The notes under the pieces are model-generated. The model made no database searches. It was not told the origin of the DNA and saw only the letters and a program-made list of their open reading frames with translations. The position numbers and the translations under genes were made by a program. From Octopus vulgaris (lineage: Eukaryota), in the NCBI GenBank assembly GCA_951406725.2, contig OX597817.1:149482001-149546000 (forward strand): a stretch of 64,000 nt of DNA, in the 5' to 3' direction. Below, piece after piece: positions 1 to 14,160 of the stretch (positions are counted from its first letter, which is position 1; the number at the start of each line of letters is the position of its first letter).

Positions 1-56
<56 letters not shown>
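1..56. repeat. (TA)n microsatellite, one of dozens in the window
   Basis: Perfect TA run from the window start. Confidence 0.99.
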
Positions 57-61
<5 letters not shown>

Positions 62-784
62 ATATATGTATATATATATTTGTTGAGAGTGTAAGAGATA
101 AGAATGACTGTTGCTAAATATAACAACATTTTCCCACTCAGTTTGCATAAACGTGTGCATATATACGTCTAGGTATATGCGCATGTTCATACGAACGTGT
201 GTATTTGTATAAAAAGAAATAAAATGGACGGGAAAGAGAAGAACAAAGACAACAAGATGGAAAAGAGAAGAAAATTCCGTGTGTGCGTTTGATAAGTTTG
301 CTAACACATCATGTGTGATTGTTTATATGTGATAAACACCTTTTTTTTTTTATTCTGTCAATGATACGTTTAGAAATCTTTATTTTGCAAATGGTAAAAT
401 ACTTAAAATGCTAAGATGAACATATGAAGTCGAACAAACGTATATCATCGCTCTCATTGTTCATCTGCAACTATCAGCTTGTTTGGGGAGTATGTATTAA
501 TGCCGTCCACTGTTTACACAAATGCTACAGCTCGATAGTCTTTTCATTTATAATATATCCGTTGTCCAAATCACCGTGATCACATAGATTTGAAATCTTC
601 CAGTTGACTGCAGAGAGAGAGAGAGACAGAGAGACAGAGAGACAGAGGTGAGGGAGAAGAGAGACAGAGAGACTGAATAAGAGTGACAGAGGGGAGAGAC
701 ACACACACACACAGAAGAAGGTTAGAAAAAGAAATCGATAGGCGTGAATGTATGTATGCATGGATGGATATATATGTATACATG

Positions 785-804
785 CATGTATGTATGTATG
801 TATG

Positions 805-835
<31 letters not shown>

Positions 836-902
836 GTATGCATGCATGTATGTATGTATGTATGCATTTGGGTGGAGAGATGGATGGATGGATGGATGGA
901 TG

Positions 903-984
<82 letters not shown>
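785..984. repeat. Compound tetranucleotide microsatellite (ATGT)n-(GATG)n-(GATA)n
   Basis: Directly visible; source of the YLSI/HTYI ORFs. Confidence 0.98.
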
Positions 985-985
<1 letters not shown>

Positions 986-1604
986 GAGACTGATATTTGA
1001 CTGAAATGATATCAAATATATTTAAATATAGCAATTATTTTAATACGTTTTTACGTTTTTTCTGTTGTTTTTTTTTTGCGTGGGTTGCTTGCTTACTTGC
1101 TTATCTTTTTTAATTTCAAATTCAAATTAATAAATATTAGCCTAGTTGGAATATATACAGCTGAAGACTGACCAAAATAATAGCAAATCGCATCATATAT
1201 TTAGATAAGTTTTTAGGTAAGTGTATGCACAACATCTTCCACAGTCCACAAAATATGTTATCAGTCAATAACGCGGATAGATTTGTTGACTGTAACCCTT
1301 CTCTGAACATGTGTCCTTCTGCCTGCGTAAGAAACCATTATTGTTTTGATACTTGAGGATGTCTTTAAACGAATTTTATCTACAGTTCGTTAAAGTAAAC
1401 TTATAGAAATGAAATAAAATGTATTTATTGGAAAGGAAATGGAAGTGAAAGTATGGAAAATATATACAGGGCGATAGTAAGTGAAAAAAAAAGCGTTATT
1501 TTAAAATGTGAATTAATAAATATTCTGCTAAAATCAACTGTAAAAATGAAAGCTTGAAGGAAATATCTAGAAAGTTGTATTAGTAGATAGATAGATAGAT
1601 AGAC

Positions 1605-1697
<93 letters not shown>

Positions 1698-1943
1698 CGA
1701 GAAAATGCCATTTTATTAGAAGGTAAGTAAATAGATGAACAGATAAAATTGTGAACATCTGCGTGTGTATACATACATACATATATATATATACATACAC
1801 ACACATGTATTGAAACGTGATGCATACGTATATACACACATTACAAGCAGACATACATAGACATGATGTGTGTTTTGCGCGCGCTATTGTAGATAGGTAA
1901 CTTAACAATGTCGCTTACTTAAGTGCATGTGTGTGTATATAAA

Positions 1944-2023
<80 letters not shown>

Positions 2024-2404
2024 AGTAGATAGATAAAGAGAGAGAAAGAGAAAGAGAGATCCAGAAATATGGTGGCTACATACAAAGAACAAATAAATAT
2101 TGAATTGATTCTCTAGCAGACAGCAATTCCATTTAAAAATGGCGCCAATGAAATACAAAAAAAAAAGCAAAAACAAAAAAAAAGCAAGAAATATGAAGTT
2201 TGTATGGCACCTGAAGTTAGAAAAAAAATGAATAAAACATATAACAACAGCAGCAACAACGACAACAACACTAATAATGATAATCAGATGCGCAAATATT
2301 TCAATTTAATCCATGCGGCATCCATTACAAGGCTGAAATGTGATGCGTTGCGGCGAATCTTAGTTGAAATGCAAACATTTTTTGCGTTTTCCATATTTGC
2401 CTTA

Positions 2405-2463
<59 letters not shown>

Positions 2464-2936
2464 TAGAATAAATAATCCATAAATGGCATTTGTAATAATA
2501 AATGGTGCTGTTTAGACGAAATAAATATACTGGAGAATTGAATATCGCAGATTTGCGAAAATCTGAAGTGGGAGTAGAATTTAAATAATGCAAGGAGGAG
2601 GTGGTGGTGGTGGTGGTGGTGGTGGTGGTGGTGGTGGTAGTGGTGGTGGGGACGGTGATGCTTGAGTGTGGAGTGGTGCTTTGGTGGGGTGGGGGGTGGC
2701 AGCAAGAGAAGAAATAGAGAGTATTCAAGGAAGGAAGAACAAGAACAAGAACAAGAACAAGAACATCGAGTACGACAAAAGAAGCGGCGTTAGGGATGGG
2801 GGGGGCAAAGAACAAAGAAAACAAAACGAGGAGAATGTGGAATTTGAATGATGCTGGAGGAGGAGGAGGGAAAAGTGACAGGAAGAGGTTGAGAAAAGAG
2901 AAGAAAGTAACTGACGTAAAAGACAAAACAGGCGAT

Positions 2937-3030
2937 GAAGAAGAAGAAGAAGAAGAAGAAGAAGAAGAAGAAGAAGAAGAAGAAGAAGAAGAAGAAGAAG
3001 AAGAAGAAGAAGAAGAAGAAGAAGAAGAAG
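2937..3030. repeat. (GAA)n microsatellite
   Basis: Perfect GAA run; source of the poly-E/K/F ORFs. Confidence 0.98.
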
Positions 3031-3292
3031 AGGAATGGTCTCAAATTTTGCTACATGACCAACAGTTTTAAGCGGAAGAGGTTAGCCGAATACCTCAATC
3101 GAAGTACTTTACTGGTACTCTATTTAATCGAGCCCGTAGGGATGAAAGGCAAAGTTGATCTCGGCCGGATTTGAACTCACAATGTTAAGAATTGTGACAA
3201 ATGTCACAAGGCATTTCATACAAATCTCTAACAATTCTGCCTATCCACTAAGCTTAATAATACTGGCGATGATGATGATGATCGCCAAGACA

Positions 3293-3411
<119 letters not shown>

Positions 3412-3421
3412 CATTATTATT

Positions 3422-3977
3422 GAGTGAGAGAGCAGTGCATGCCATCAAAGTGACACTGGGGTAAAATATACGAAGCCCAGTATACCCATCATGACTACCC
3501 GTCTGATAAGGGTACACCAGGCACATGCATCACAACCGTATGTGCGCCACATGGTGATCTCAAATCAAGATAAACAGCACATGACCTTGCAGGTGGGGCC
3601 CTGTTAGAATTTTCGTCTGGTCGAGTAGCTCATCCCGCTCAAAAGGTCCCTGAATAAGGATTGTTTAAGGATGTTGAACGAACCACCTGTTTCCAAAGGT
3701 GAATTATCCAAACCTCCAAGAATTCCTTTAAGCACACGGCTATGATGCTCCCCCACTATTTCTGCTCCTCATCAGAGATGCACATATTGTCAGCCACTAA
3801 AGGAATGGTCAACTGGTTAAGGTCAAACAAGTGACAAGCAAATCTGTGGTATTGAGCAGAATATTTACTGTAGCCCATCTTTTATACCAAGACAAAACAA
3901 TGTACATGATAACACTTCCAAGCAATTAAGATCAGAAGCCATGAGAGCCACTGTCTGGTACTGCATCAGGGCATTTA
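3422..3977. mobile_element. Unclassified ~555-bp interspersed element embedded in a (TTA)n tract
   Basis: Complex, GC-richer block with sharp edges and (TTA)n on both sides; short hairpins (actggg/cccagt, taccc/gggta) near the left end; no ORF. Confidence 0.6.
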
Positions 3978-4011
3978 TTATTATTATTATTATCATCATC
4001 ATTATTATTAT

Positions 4012-4070
<59 letters not shown>

Positions 4071-4331
4071 AATTCCACCGAGGTCGACTTTACCTTTCAT
4101 CCTTTTGGGGGATCGGTAAATTTGCTGACCTTGTGCTAAAATTTGAAACCACTATTATCATTATTAAAACTGAAATTGTGTAATTTTAAGAGTATGCACT
4201 TATTGAGTTATTTTTCCAACACTGCACAAGAGGCAAAGCTGTAGACAGACTGACAGATAAATAGACAAATATTTAAATAGTTAGATGGGTTGGGAGGTAG
4301 TTAGGTAAGTTGACTGATAGACGAAGGGAGG

Positions 4332-4380
<49 letters not shown>

Positions 4381-5199
4381 GGAGACGGTCAGACAGTTAG
4401 ACAGACAGAAACAGAGAAAGATTAAGATTGATAAGCAAAGATATTACAATGAGTCGATTTATTTACCATAATGCTGATCTCGATACAAAATGGCGTATTA
4501 TGTATTCAATTTAGTAATATATTCAGTTGATACTGATGGAAAGTGAAAAAAATTTAAACAAGAAATACACGAAGAAATTGTCTACATATATTGAAGTACT
4601 AAATGTGACAGCCAATCAAAACCCGTACAAGACCAACACAAAATAAATATGTTGTTTAAACTGATGTTGTGTCGTTTCTACTGACTGAAAAGAAGATGAT
4701 GGCAATGGTCTCTTTGTAAATAACGATTTCTAATACAGGTGTAATGTCACACATTTTGTGATAAGGTCTACACGAGGGTTCAACTATGGCAGTGTGCTTA
4801 AGAAGTGCGCTTCGCCACCACGTCATTCTGGGTTCGATCGCATAGTGCGTCACTTTTGGCAAGTGACACCTTGGGCAGTCACGGAATAAACAATGCTTTC
4901 TACGTACAATTGTTGATTATATCGACCCCAATGATCTACTGATATTCATTTTATCGAACCCGAAGGATAAAATACAAAGCCGGCTTATACAAAATTTGAA
5001 CCCACCACGTAAAGAGCCGGAAGAAATTCCGCTAAGCATTTTGTCCGATTCGCAAGAGAGTCTACCAGCTGTTGCTTTAGTGCCATACTTAATCGCATTA
5101 TCTATTGGCAAGTTACTTGAGTGTTTGCCCTGAGATGGCATGTCCATGAGAGATATTATCGCAGGACAAACACCGCAAAATCCATGAGTTCCATCGCTG

Positions 5200-5440
5200 T
5201 CCCCGGCACGTTGTGTCCTTGAGCAAAACACCTTATTTCACATTGCTCCTGTCCACTGACAAAAATGAGCCGCATCTGTAATTCAAAGAGCCAGCATTGT
5301 CACATTCAGTGTCAGGCTGAATCTCCTCTCGAGAACCTCGTTAAGAACACGCATGTCCGTGGATTGCTCAGTCACTTGCAGGTTACATTCACAAGGAGCT
5401 CGAATCAAATGGAACGCTCATTATAATCGACGGAGTGCCA
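5200..5440 (+). mobile_element. Diverged CORE-type SINE with tail E
   Basis: ttgtgtccttgagcaa CORE-like block; 3' part aligns with 56486-56665 and, inverted, with 19340-19520. Confidence 0.7.
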
Positions 5441-5640
5441 ATTTTCTTTATGTGTGTTTGTGTGTGTGTATTTTACCGTCTGCAAAATAGGGGTAGCTTA
5501 TCCTGTTCAGGCTATATTATTAGCATTATCCTGCATTTGAGAATCTAAAATCACCCCTTTAACTTTCTATGACATCTCAACGCTTCTAAAGCAAACTTCG
5601 TTTGCTTACGTTCATCGTAATTTGAATTTAATATATACAA

Positions 5641-5741
<101 letters not shown>

Positions 5742-6583
5742 TAAATCGTTGCTAATATGTAAAAGTGTCGTAAGTCCAAAGCGTTACTTTTTCAGAAAAC
5801 GAAAAAATAGTTCCACCATTCCATAGCAAAACCGTTATACTACAATTTGACAATTTGAAATATCTTAGCATCTGAACCAGCTGGAGATAAGATAGTTTAA
5901 CTAAAAGAACCGGCTATTGAAAACAAAAGCAAATACTGCAAAAAACGCATTTGTCCAAATTTGGACATACGATAGTTTAACATAATCGCAACGATATATA
6001 TATATATAAAACAGATGTTTATTTAGTCATTTGCAGACCCCGGGGGCTGCGGTACGCGTTTTATATAATGGCAAGGAGATACAAAATATAATCTAAAGTA
6101 TTATAGATGGCGTGCATCGGTGTAAAGTTCCGTCGAGTGTAAACTGTACTAGCGAAATCTGTTGGGGGAAGTGCCAGTAACTGTGTACGAGCAAGTAACG
6201 TGTTATCAAATCACCCAATAAACTTGGTTTCTAAGGCTGTTATTGATTTGTACCAAAGTTGTCGGTCAAAAATAACATAATTCAAGGGGTCTATTAAATG
6301 TATTTGTCTGTTTAAAATGGCTATTGATATCAATGATGATAGATTAATATATTTTTTAAATAATCGTTTCGAATTTTTTGGTAGCAATAATAATGCTTTT
6401 TGGAAGAAAGCCAGAAATTTTGAAGGAAACGGGTTAGTCGATACCATCACCCTCCGTACATAACTGGTACTTTATTTTGTGTATACATTATGTATGTTTT
6501 TATAAGGTAACTCCAACTAGTTAAGCCAGTGCATGTCACGTTAAAAATTGAAACTATATATTTAGACTATATTAGGGCATATG

Positions 6584-6980
6584 AAGACAGCAAGCTGGCA
6601 GAAACGTTAGCACGCCGGGTGAAATGCTTAGCGGCATTTCGTCTACCGTTACGTTCGTTCAAATTCCACCGAGGTCAACTTTGCCTTTTATCCTTTCGGG
6701 GTCGATTAAATAAGTACCAGTTATGCACTTGGATCGATATAATTGACTTAATCCGTTTGTCAGTCCTTGTTTGTCCTCTCTGTGTTTAGCACCTTGTGGG
6801 TAGTAAAGAAATAGGTATTTCGTCTGCCGCTACGTTCTGAGTGCAAATTCCGTCGAGGTCGACTTTACCTTTCAACCTTTTGGGGCCGATAAATTAAGTA
6901 CCAGTTGCGTACTGGGTTCGCTCTAATCAATTATCCCCTTCCTCAAAATTTCGGTCTTTGCGCCTAGAGTAGAAAAAGAA
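6584..6980 (+). mobile_element. Dimeric Meta-domain SINE (family A): head+core+tail A1 fused to partial head+core+tail A2
   Basis: Two copies of the core ccgaggtcgactttgcctttcatcctttcggggtcgat..aagtaccag; imperfect TSD tattagggcatatg (6570-6583) / tattaggatatatg (6981-6994). Confidence 0.9.
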
Positions 6981-7075
6981 TATTAGGATATATGTACCAT
7001 CTCTGCAGCCTATTTCTCATAAAAATGAAAGATTATTATTATTAAAATCTGACTTCTTTTTTTTATTTTCCATTC

Positions 7076-7159
<84 letters not shown>

Positions 7160-7324
7160 GTATACAAGGCAGGCATTGCACACCTTGTATTTCTGCACGA
7201 ATCACCACTTTGCGATCTGATTCCAAATTCCATCGAAGTCAACTTTCACCCATATATATTTCCTCAATTCCTAAAATGAAAATATAAACTCACTTCAAGC
7301 TTAGATGTTTGTTTATAAAACTGT

Positions 7325-7382
<58 letters not shown>

Positions 7383-7385
<3 letters not shown>

Positions 7386-7733
7386 ACTTTAAATAAAGCC
7401 CTTGATTCAATAGCACCGTGTACAAACTATACTTGGAATGACCAATTTTAGATACTATTGGATTTTACTCACAAGGTATTGGAATCTTATTATGTATACC
7501 ATTCTGCCTAAATAATGGTTCTATAAAAGCAAAATCTCTGCATATCTCACATCTATTTTCATTCCTCCACTTCACTCTCTATTTCGTATCTTATCTAGAT
7601 TAACTATTGCTTAATCATTTTCTCACACCGTCTCCGTTGAAGGGATATAATAAATATCCTGCAAACAGCTATATGACCTTCTATTTATAAATATTCTAAA
7701 ATCTTTACAGCCTTGGTTTTTTTTATCTCATTC

Positions 7734-7737
<4 letters not shown>
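7383..7737 (+). mobile_element. Penelope-like pseudo-LTR remnant between (TA)n tracts, with a degenerate hammerhead at 7630-7677
   Basis: gtct-CCGTTGAA-gggata..tatcct-GCAAAC-agct-ATA-tgac has hammerhead topology; TA runs on both sides. Confidence 0.5.
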
Positions 7738-7771
<34 letters not shown>

Positions 7772-9023
7772 GTAAAAGCTGACCTTGCTGAGATTTGAAA
7801 ACAAATCGCAAAGAGCCGGAAAATATATCACGAGGCATTTTTGTCCAATGTTCTAATAATTCAGTTAGCTCACCGCCTTTTTGATTGCAATAATAATGAA
7901 ATTTTGAATAGCCAATATATAAATATTCTTCTGATTTCTTGTAGTGCCATAATTTTTAGATTCTACGTATTTTCTTTTCTTCCAGATTGCCGAAATTTAC
8001 CAACATTCAGAAGAAGTTACCAAAGCTCAATTAAATTAGATTTTCCGAAGATTTTCGAAGATTCTCTTCACCATTCGTCATAGGAGAAGGTTTTTATTTT
8101 TTATATTTTTGTTTGCATCAATTCTATTCGGTGAGAAGAGGAAACTCAAAATGATGGAGGATGTTGATCAATGATTTGCTGTGTAGTCAAGAAGAGGAGA
8201 AAACTTCCTAGAAGAATGGTATAAAGAAGAAAAAGAAGAATTTTCAACAACTGATAGATTCCCAAGTACGAATAATTCATGTGTATTTAAGTCGTAAGTT
8301 TTATTTTGGTCTACTTTGAAACGTTTCAGTTGTTTGTTTGTTTTATATTTTTCTTATTTTATCTTGGGGGCGATTCGGTTCAATCTCATTGAGATTCAGT
8401 GTTGCGTTGAAGAGTTCAGTGTTATTGATCTGGACATTTTCGTTTTCTCTTTGTTAAGACTCTTGAAATGTTAAATCAGTCTTTTCCAAGCTAATGTCCC
8501 AAGTCAGTTATATTGCACAAAAGCCTTGTCGTCTGCCAAAACACAGTATCTAAAGTTAGTAGTATCCACATGCTGTCGAGCTTTTCCTCTGACTTTCACT
8601 ACATACATTGTGCGGCTGCAGGCATAGGCATGTGGGAAGCTTCCATTGCAACTACGCAGTTTCACGTTCAATCTTGCAGCTTGGCACATTGAGCAAGTGT
8701 TTTCTACCATAGGCTCCGTTCAACAGTCTTACGAGCAAGATTTGATAAACAGAAACTGTGAGGGAGTCCGTCAGCGGGAGTTTCTGTCCTCGGTTGGTTT
8801 CACAACATCACCTAGTTACTGAGTGATTTTAACAGAGTTCATTTTGTTGCAAGCATTCTGAGCAGGTTTAATTCTGAACTCTAATCTTTCCCCTTCTTCA
8901 AACGGTTTCGGAAACTTCGAAACCGTTATCGGTGCAGGCTTTACTTATATGAATGTAACCCATAAAATAAATTTCAAAATGAATTATATCCCTTAAGTTT
9001 ATATTTAGTTTAACAAGCAGTGT

Positions 9024-9094
<71 letters not shown>

Positions 9095-9216
9095 TGAGTG
9101 TATGTGTGTAAATAATAATCATAAGTTTAAGCCTATAAACGTCCGCTGTGTATTGACACTCTCGTCACGGTTTCTTCATCTAACGCAGATTATATATATG
9201 ATTTAGGATTTATTGA

Positions 9217-9384
<168 letters not shown>

Positions 9385-9561
9385 CGTATATGTTATATAT
9401 TCACATTGAGGAATTAGTCATATTTTATAATATAAAGTATATACTGAAGTTTATGCCGATTTAACTTCTTTAATCTTCCTTTGGTGTACCTCTTCTAATT
9501 TACTAAAGGTACGCTAAGGCTTTTGTAATATTATTGTATTACAATAGCTTTGGCGCATAGA

Positions 9562-9597
<36 letters not shown>

Positions 9598-9837
9598 TAG
9601 AAACTGGATGAAGAATAGAAACTTCGCCGGAAAATGAACTGTTAAAATTATTGTTGTCTCCTTTAAATTGCGTAGGAATGATGAAGTTGAATGTTTAGAT
9701 ATAGTGAAGAGAAATAGGAAAACTTCAGTTATAGATACCATTGGTAATCATACTTTATTGAGATGAAAATGACCAATTTTCGTAAAGGATTCCAACGAAC
9801 TGACCCCTACACATTCCCGGTATTTTATCGAAGTCTC

Positions 9838-9881
<44 letters not shown>

Positions 9882-11260
9882 TAAATTCATAATTATATAT
9901 GAATCGAAATATGAATGCACCTGACACAGAATAATTGACGTGAGATTTGACTAATATATGGACACGAAACATTGGCTGGGATAATTTTCATTTTGTATTT
10001 TACTTTATTTTCAAAATATAATTCTCCTCCTCTTTTATATCTGGTGTCTGAGACAGTCTTCAACGGTCCTTCCTTCTATACTAGCCTAACCCTAAAACTT
10101 CATATCAATTAATTTGGATTTATATTTTCTGAAGAATGAAATAATTCATTTTCTACGAATCTTTAGCATTCCAGAAATATTTAATTTCCTGACAGTTACA
10201 AAAATCAGACCGCCATCCCACCGCCTCTAATTATTAAAAGAAACAAAAAGCAGCTAATTCAGTTGACTCATAGCCACCACCACCACCACCACCACCACCA
10301 CCACTCAACGACCACAACCACCCTACTACATCATATCATTTTCACCAACCGCCTTAATCCACATCTGTAAAATCACAGTGAGTTACATCTTTTAAATGTC
10401 ATCACATGATCAGCTTTTGGATTTTCTGGAGTGTTATTTCTTCTCTTATTTTAAAACAGCTATTTGCTCTCAGTTGGAGAAATATTCCAGTCTGCGCATC
10501 AATACGCCAATGTGTGTGCGTAAATGTATGCGTGCATAAATGTGTGCAAATCTAAGCATGCACTAACGTCTAGTTGTGCTTTCTTAATGTGCAGTCTATT
10601 AATATTTCGCTATATTCAAATACAAAGATACCTTACAAACAGCCCAGTTGCATGGGTAATTTATGTGTCTATTTCTGCACATCGGTGTTTGTGTGCATAA
10701 AACGTTTATTTTCAGCAGGAAATTTTTATTCATAAAAATTAAAATATTAATTGAATAAATCTAGCCCGAGTTTTATTAAATTGCTACAAATACAATGAAA
10801 TTTTTGAGAAGAAACCGTTTTAAAAGTATAGCTCATTGATGTTGACAAAATTACATTTCTGTAAAAGTTTCTATATATATCCATTTATAGCTGACGATAC
10901 AGAAGGGTTATTAATATAAAAACATTTAACTTACGAAAATCACATTTCCTATGAGAGACTTAGAGATTTAGAAAAGTGACAGCAATTGTAGGTCAAGTGT
11001 TCTCTCCAGACTGCCAACCTTTCAGAAGTATTAGCACTTACCAAAGCTGATCTACCAGGGACAATGATTCTGATGCAGCTGTAAACCTCCTTAGCCACGA
11101 ATATTTCACGAGTCACCTTCCAGCTATTCATTTACCAAAAACATTATAAAAATCATTTCCTTCTATTTACATAGATTTCAGATATCAAAGTCATTTATTT
11201 TAGAATGATATCAGTTTTATCACCTGCTAATGTTAATACTTTAAGGTCAATTTAATTTCA

Positions 11261-11310
<50 letters not shown>

Positions 11311-11465
11311 TCTCTCCCTCTTTCTCTCCCGTTCTCTACGTATGTCCTTATATCTCTCTCTTTATATATGTGTGTAAGTGTATGTATAAAAGTGCGTGTA
11401 TGTATATTCATTATATATGCATCCATGTATATACATATGTGTGTGAGTGCGTGTATCTGTGTATA

Positions 11466-11505
<40 letters not shown>

Positions 11506-11686
11506 TTTACTGTGGACAGTCGAGAATAGAGTACTCAATACCAGTCTACCTCGTGGTGCTCGGAGGTGAAGTCAATTTTGACCGGCAGAGGTCCTTCATA
11601 TCTTAGATAATGGATCTATTTAGTCATGAGATCCAGTATCATCATCTATTCTAATAGGGGCTCTCTTGGAACGGAATAGCAACTAC

Positions 11687-11765
<79 letters not shown>

Positions 11766-11811
11766 CATGCATACATACATACATACATACATACATACAT
11801 ACATACATACA

Positions 11812-11843
<32 letters not shown>

Positions 11844-12702
11844 CGTATCAATAATAACGATTCTTGCTTCTTTGCATTTTTACTGTTACTTTACATCTAA
11901 CTAGATAGTTCTTACTCTATTTTCTGACTTTTTCCCCATTATCCATGAATACTCGAAGCAATAGTGAGGTTTAGATTATTATTATGAGAGCTATTTAATA
12001 TTCTGTTTAAATAAATGGTTAAAAAATTCACTCTACAATTACGTGGTTTCCGGTTCGTGTCCACTGCGCAGCACCTTGTTTTTGTCGTGTGACAAAGCTG
12101 TGCATTGAGCATGGCCTTTTGGATGAATTTTGTTGTCAGAAACTATATAGAAACCTGTCAGTAGGATGATATCTATTTTGAGTAGTAGATATAATCCATC
12201 ACCTTTTCTGGTCCTCGGGTGCCTTTAATGGCTTCCTCGCTGTACGCATTGAAGAGCAGATCTTTGGTTTTAGGATAACTTCCGTCTTTCCTTTCAGCCA
12301 TCTTGAACGCTGCAATGGAACCAGAGAACTGACTTTTACCTTTGAATAAAGCATTGCAAAACAAAGGAAGCTTGTTTTATAAAATAACAAGAACAAATAT
12401 AAACGTTCTTTCCAAGACCAATAAAATGAAATAGAATGAAACTCGGATATGGAGTGGAGGATAAATTTAATAAAAGATAACACTTGAAACAAAAATCGTA
12501 ATGTTAACGCGAGAAGAACGTTAATTGTGAATACAAATTCAGAGTGATGGGGAAACTTATTACAGAGAGAGTAAAGGAGGGTCAGGTAACAAGGTCAGGT
12601 AACAGGGTCAAACGACAATGGCAAACAACAGGCTGAAGAAGATATCAATTTTTAACATTAGCAAGAGGCTGCAACTTTTGTTGTGGGGTATAATCGGCAT
12701 AA

Positions 12703-12935
12703 GGCGGCGAGCTGGCAGACATGTTAGCACGCCGGGCGAAATGCTTAGCAGTATTTCGTTTGCCGCTACGTTCTGAGTTCAAATTCCGCCGAGGTCGACT
12801 TTGCCTTTCATCCTTTCGGGGTCGATTAAATAAGTACTAGTTACGCGCTGGGGTCGATATAATCGACTTAATCTGGGTGTCTGTCCTTGTTTGTCCCCTC
12901 TGTGTTTAGCCCCTTGTGGGTAGTAAAGAAATAGA
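12703..12935 (+). mobile_element. Full-length family A SINE (tRNA-like head, Meta-like core, tail A1)
   Basis: Starts ggcggcgagctggcag; B-box-like gagttcaaattc; 14-bp TSD tataatcggcataa at 12689-12702 and 12936-12949. Confidence 0.95.
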
Positions 12936-13752
12936 TATAATCGGCATAAAATCAGACCCAATATTTTATTCTTTTTAAATAACGTTTTTTAAGCGCCCTG
13001 GAATGATGAAGACAAATTTGATCTCAGCAAGATCTAAGCTCAACTTTTGGTACTTCCCTTTTTTTTTTTTTTGTAGCTGTTTTTCCAAGATGCTTTTCAA
13101 TCGGAAAGACAATACCTTCTTACGGATAGTTTCCTAAAATTAGATTTGTTATATAACATTCAGTCTCAAACTACTTATTTTCCATAAACTCCAACATGGT
13201 CCCTCTAAAGAATTCGATTTTATACAACACTGAATTCCTTTCAATCAATCGTTGATGCTTTGTGAAGCTCCTGAAAGGACTATCAATTCATTGTCATTCC
13301 TTTTGACATAAACTTTCCCACAGAGTATTTTACTTCCAGGCAAGTAATGGAATATGGCTTCCTTTATGTTTTTTAATAAACCTGCTCAACGCTTCCATTA
13401 GTTTCACTTTCACTTTCATCCAAGATAGCCACTGTTTCTTACATTTCCCTGCGTTGAAATGTTTGAATAAGTTTTCCAAGAATCTAAGTTTAGAAAAATC
13501 TATGGATTTATATTTTATCTAATAGTCAGTAATGCTTTATCTTATTTCTGATTACCCTATGAGCAACTGTCACATATTTACTGACGCTAAGAAGAGAATT
13601 TTTTACTCTAAATCAAGCTGTAAAACAGACGAGCTCTCCGTCAGTCCTCTCGCTGTCAAAGTAAAGTATACACTCTTGCACGCTGCATAACCGGATAATG
13701 AATCCGCGTTTGAACTACGGTCTTCCCAAATCTATAGTCTTTCTTTTTATCT

Positions 13753-13972
13753 TCTTTTACTTGTTTCAGTTATTTGACAGCGGCCATGCTGGTGCACTGC
13801 CTTGAAGAATTTTTGGTCGAATGAATCCACCCCAGTACATTCATTTTAAGCCTGGCATTTTCCTTATCGGTTTGATTTGCCAACCTGTTAAGTAGCGAGG
13901 ACATGAACATGTCAATACCGATTACCAAGTGGTGGTAGGAGACAAACACACATGCACGTGTGCTCACACACA

Positions 13973-14007
<35 letters not shown>

Positions 14008-14160
14008 TGGGTTTTTTTTCAGTTTCTAACTATCATATCACTCACAAGGCTTTGGTCGGCCCGAGGCTATAGTAGAAGACACTTACTCAAGGTTCCACAC
14101 AGTGGGACTGAACCCGGAACCATATAGTAGGAAAGCTAATTTCTTACTACGCAACCACAC
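13753..14160 (-). mobile_element. Family B CORE-type SINE with internal (CA)n
   Basis: Reverse complement carries ggttccgggttcagtcccac and a ccttgagtaagtgtcttctactatagcc CORE-like block; tail cagcatggccgc..ctgaaacaagtaaaag. Confidence 0.9.

Noticed and set aside
2137-2146. YY1-like AAAATGGCG as a promoter mark (several occurrences)
   Set aside because: Short motif without supporting promoter context or an adjacent gene
10949-11131. Minus-strand exon ending at a GTAAGT donor
   Set aside because: No convincing acceptor and no recognisable peptide
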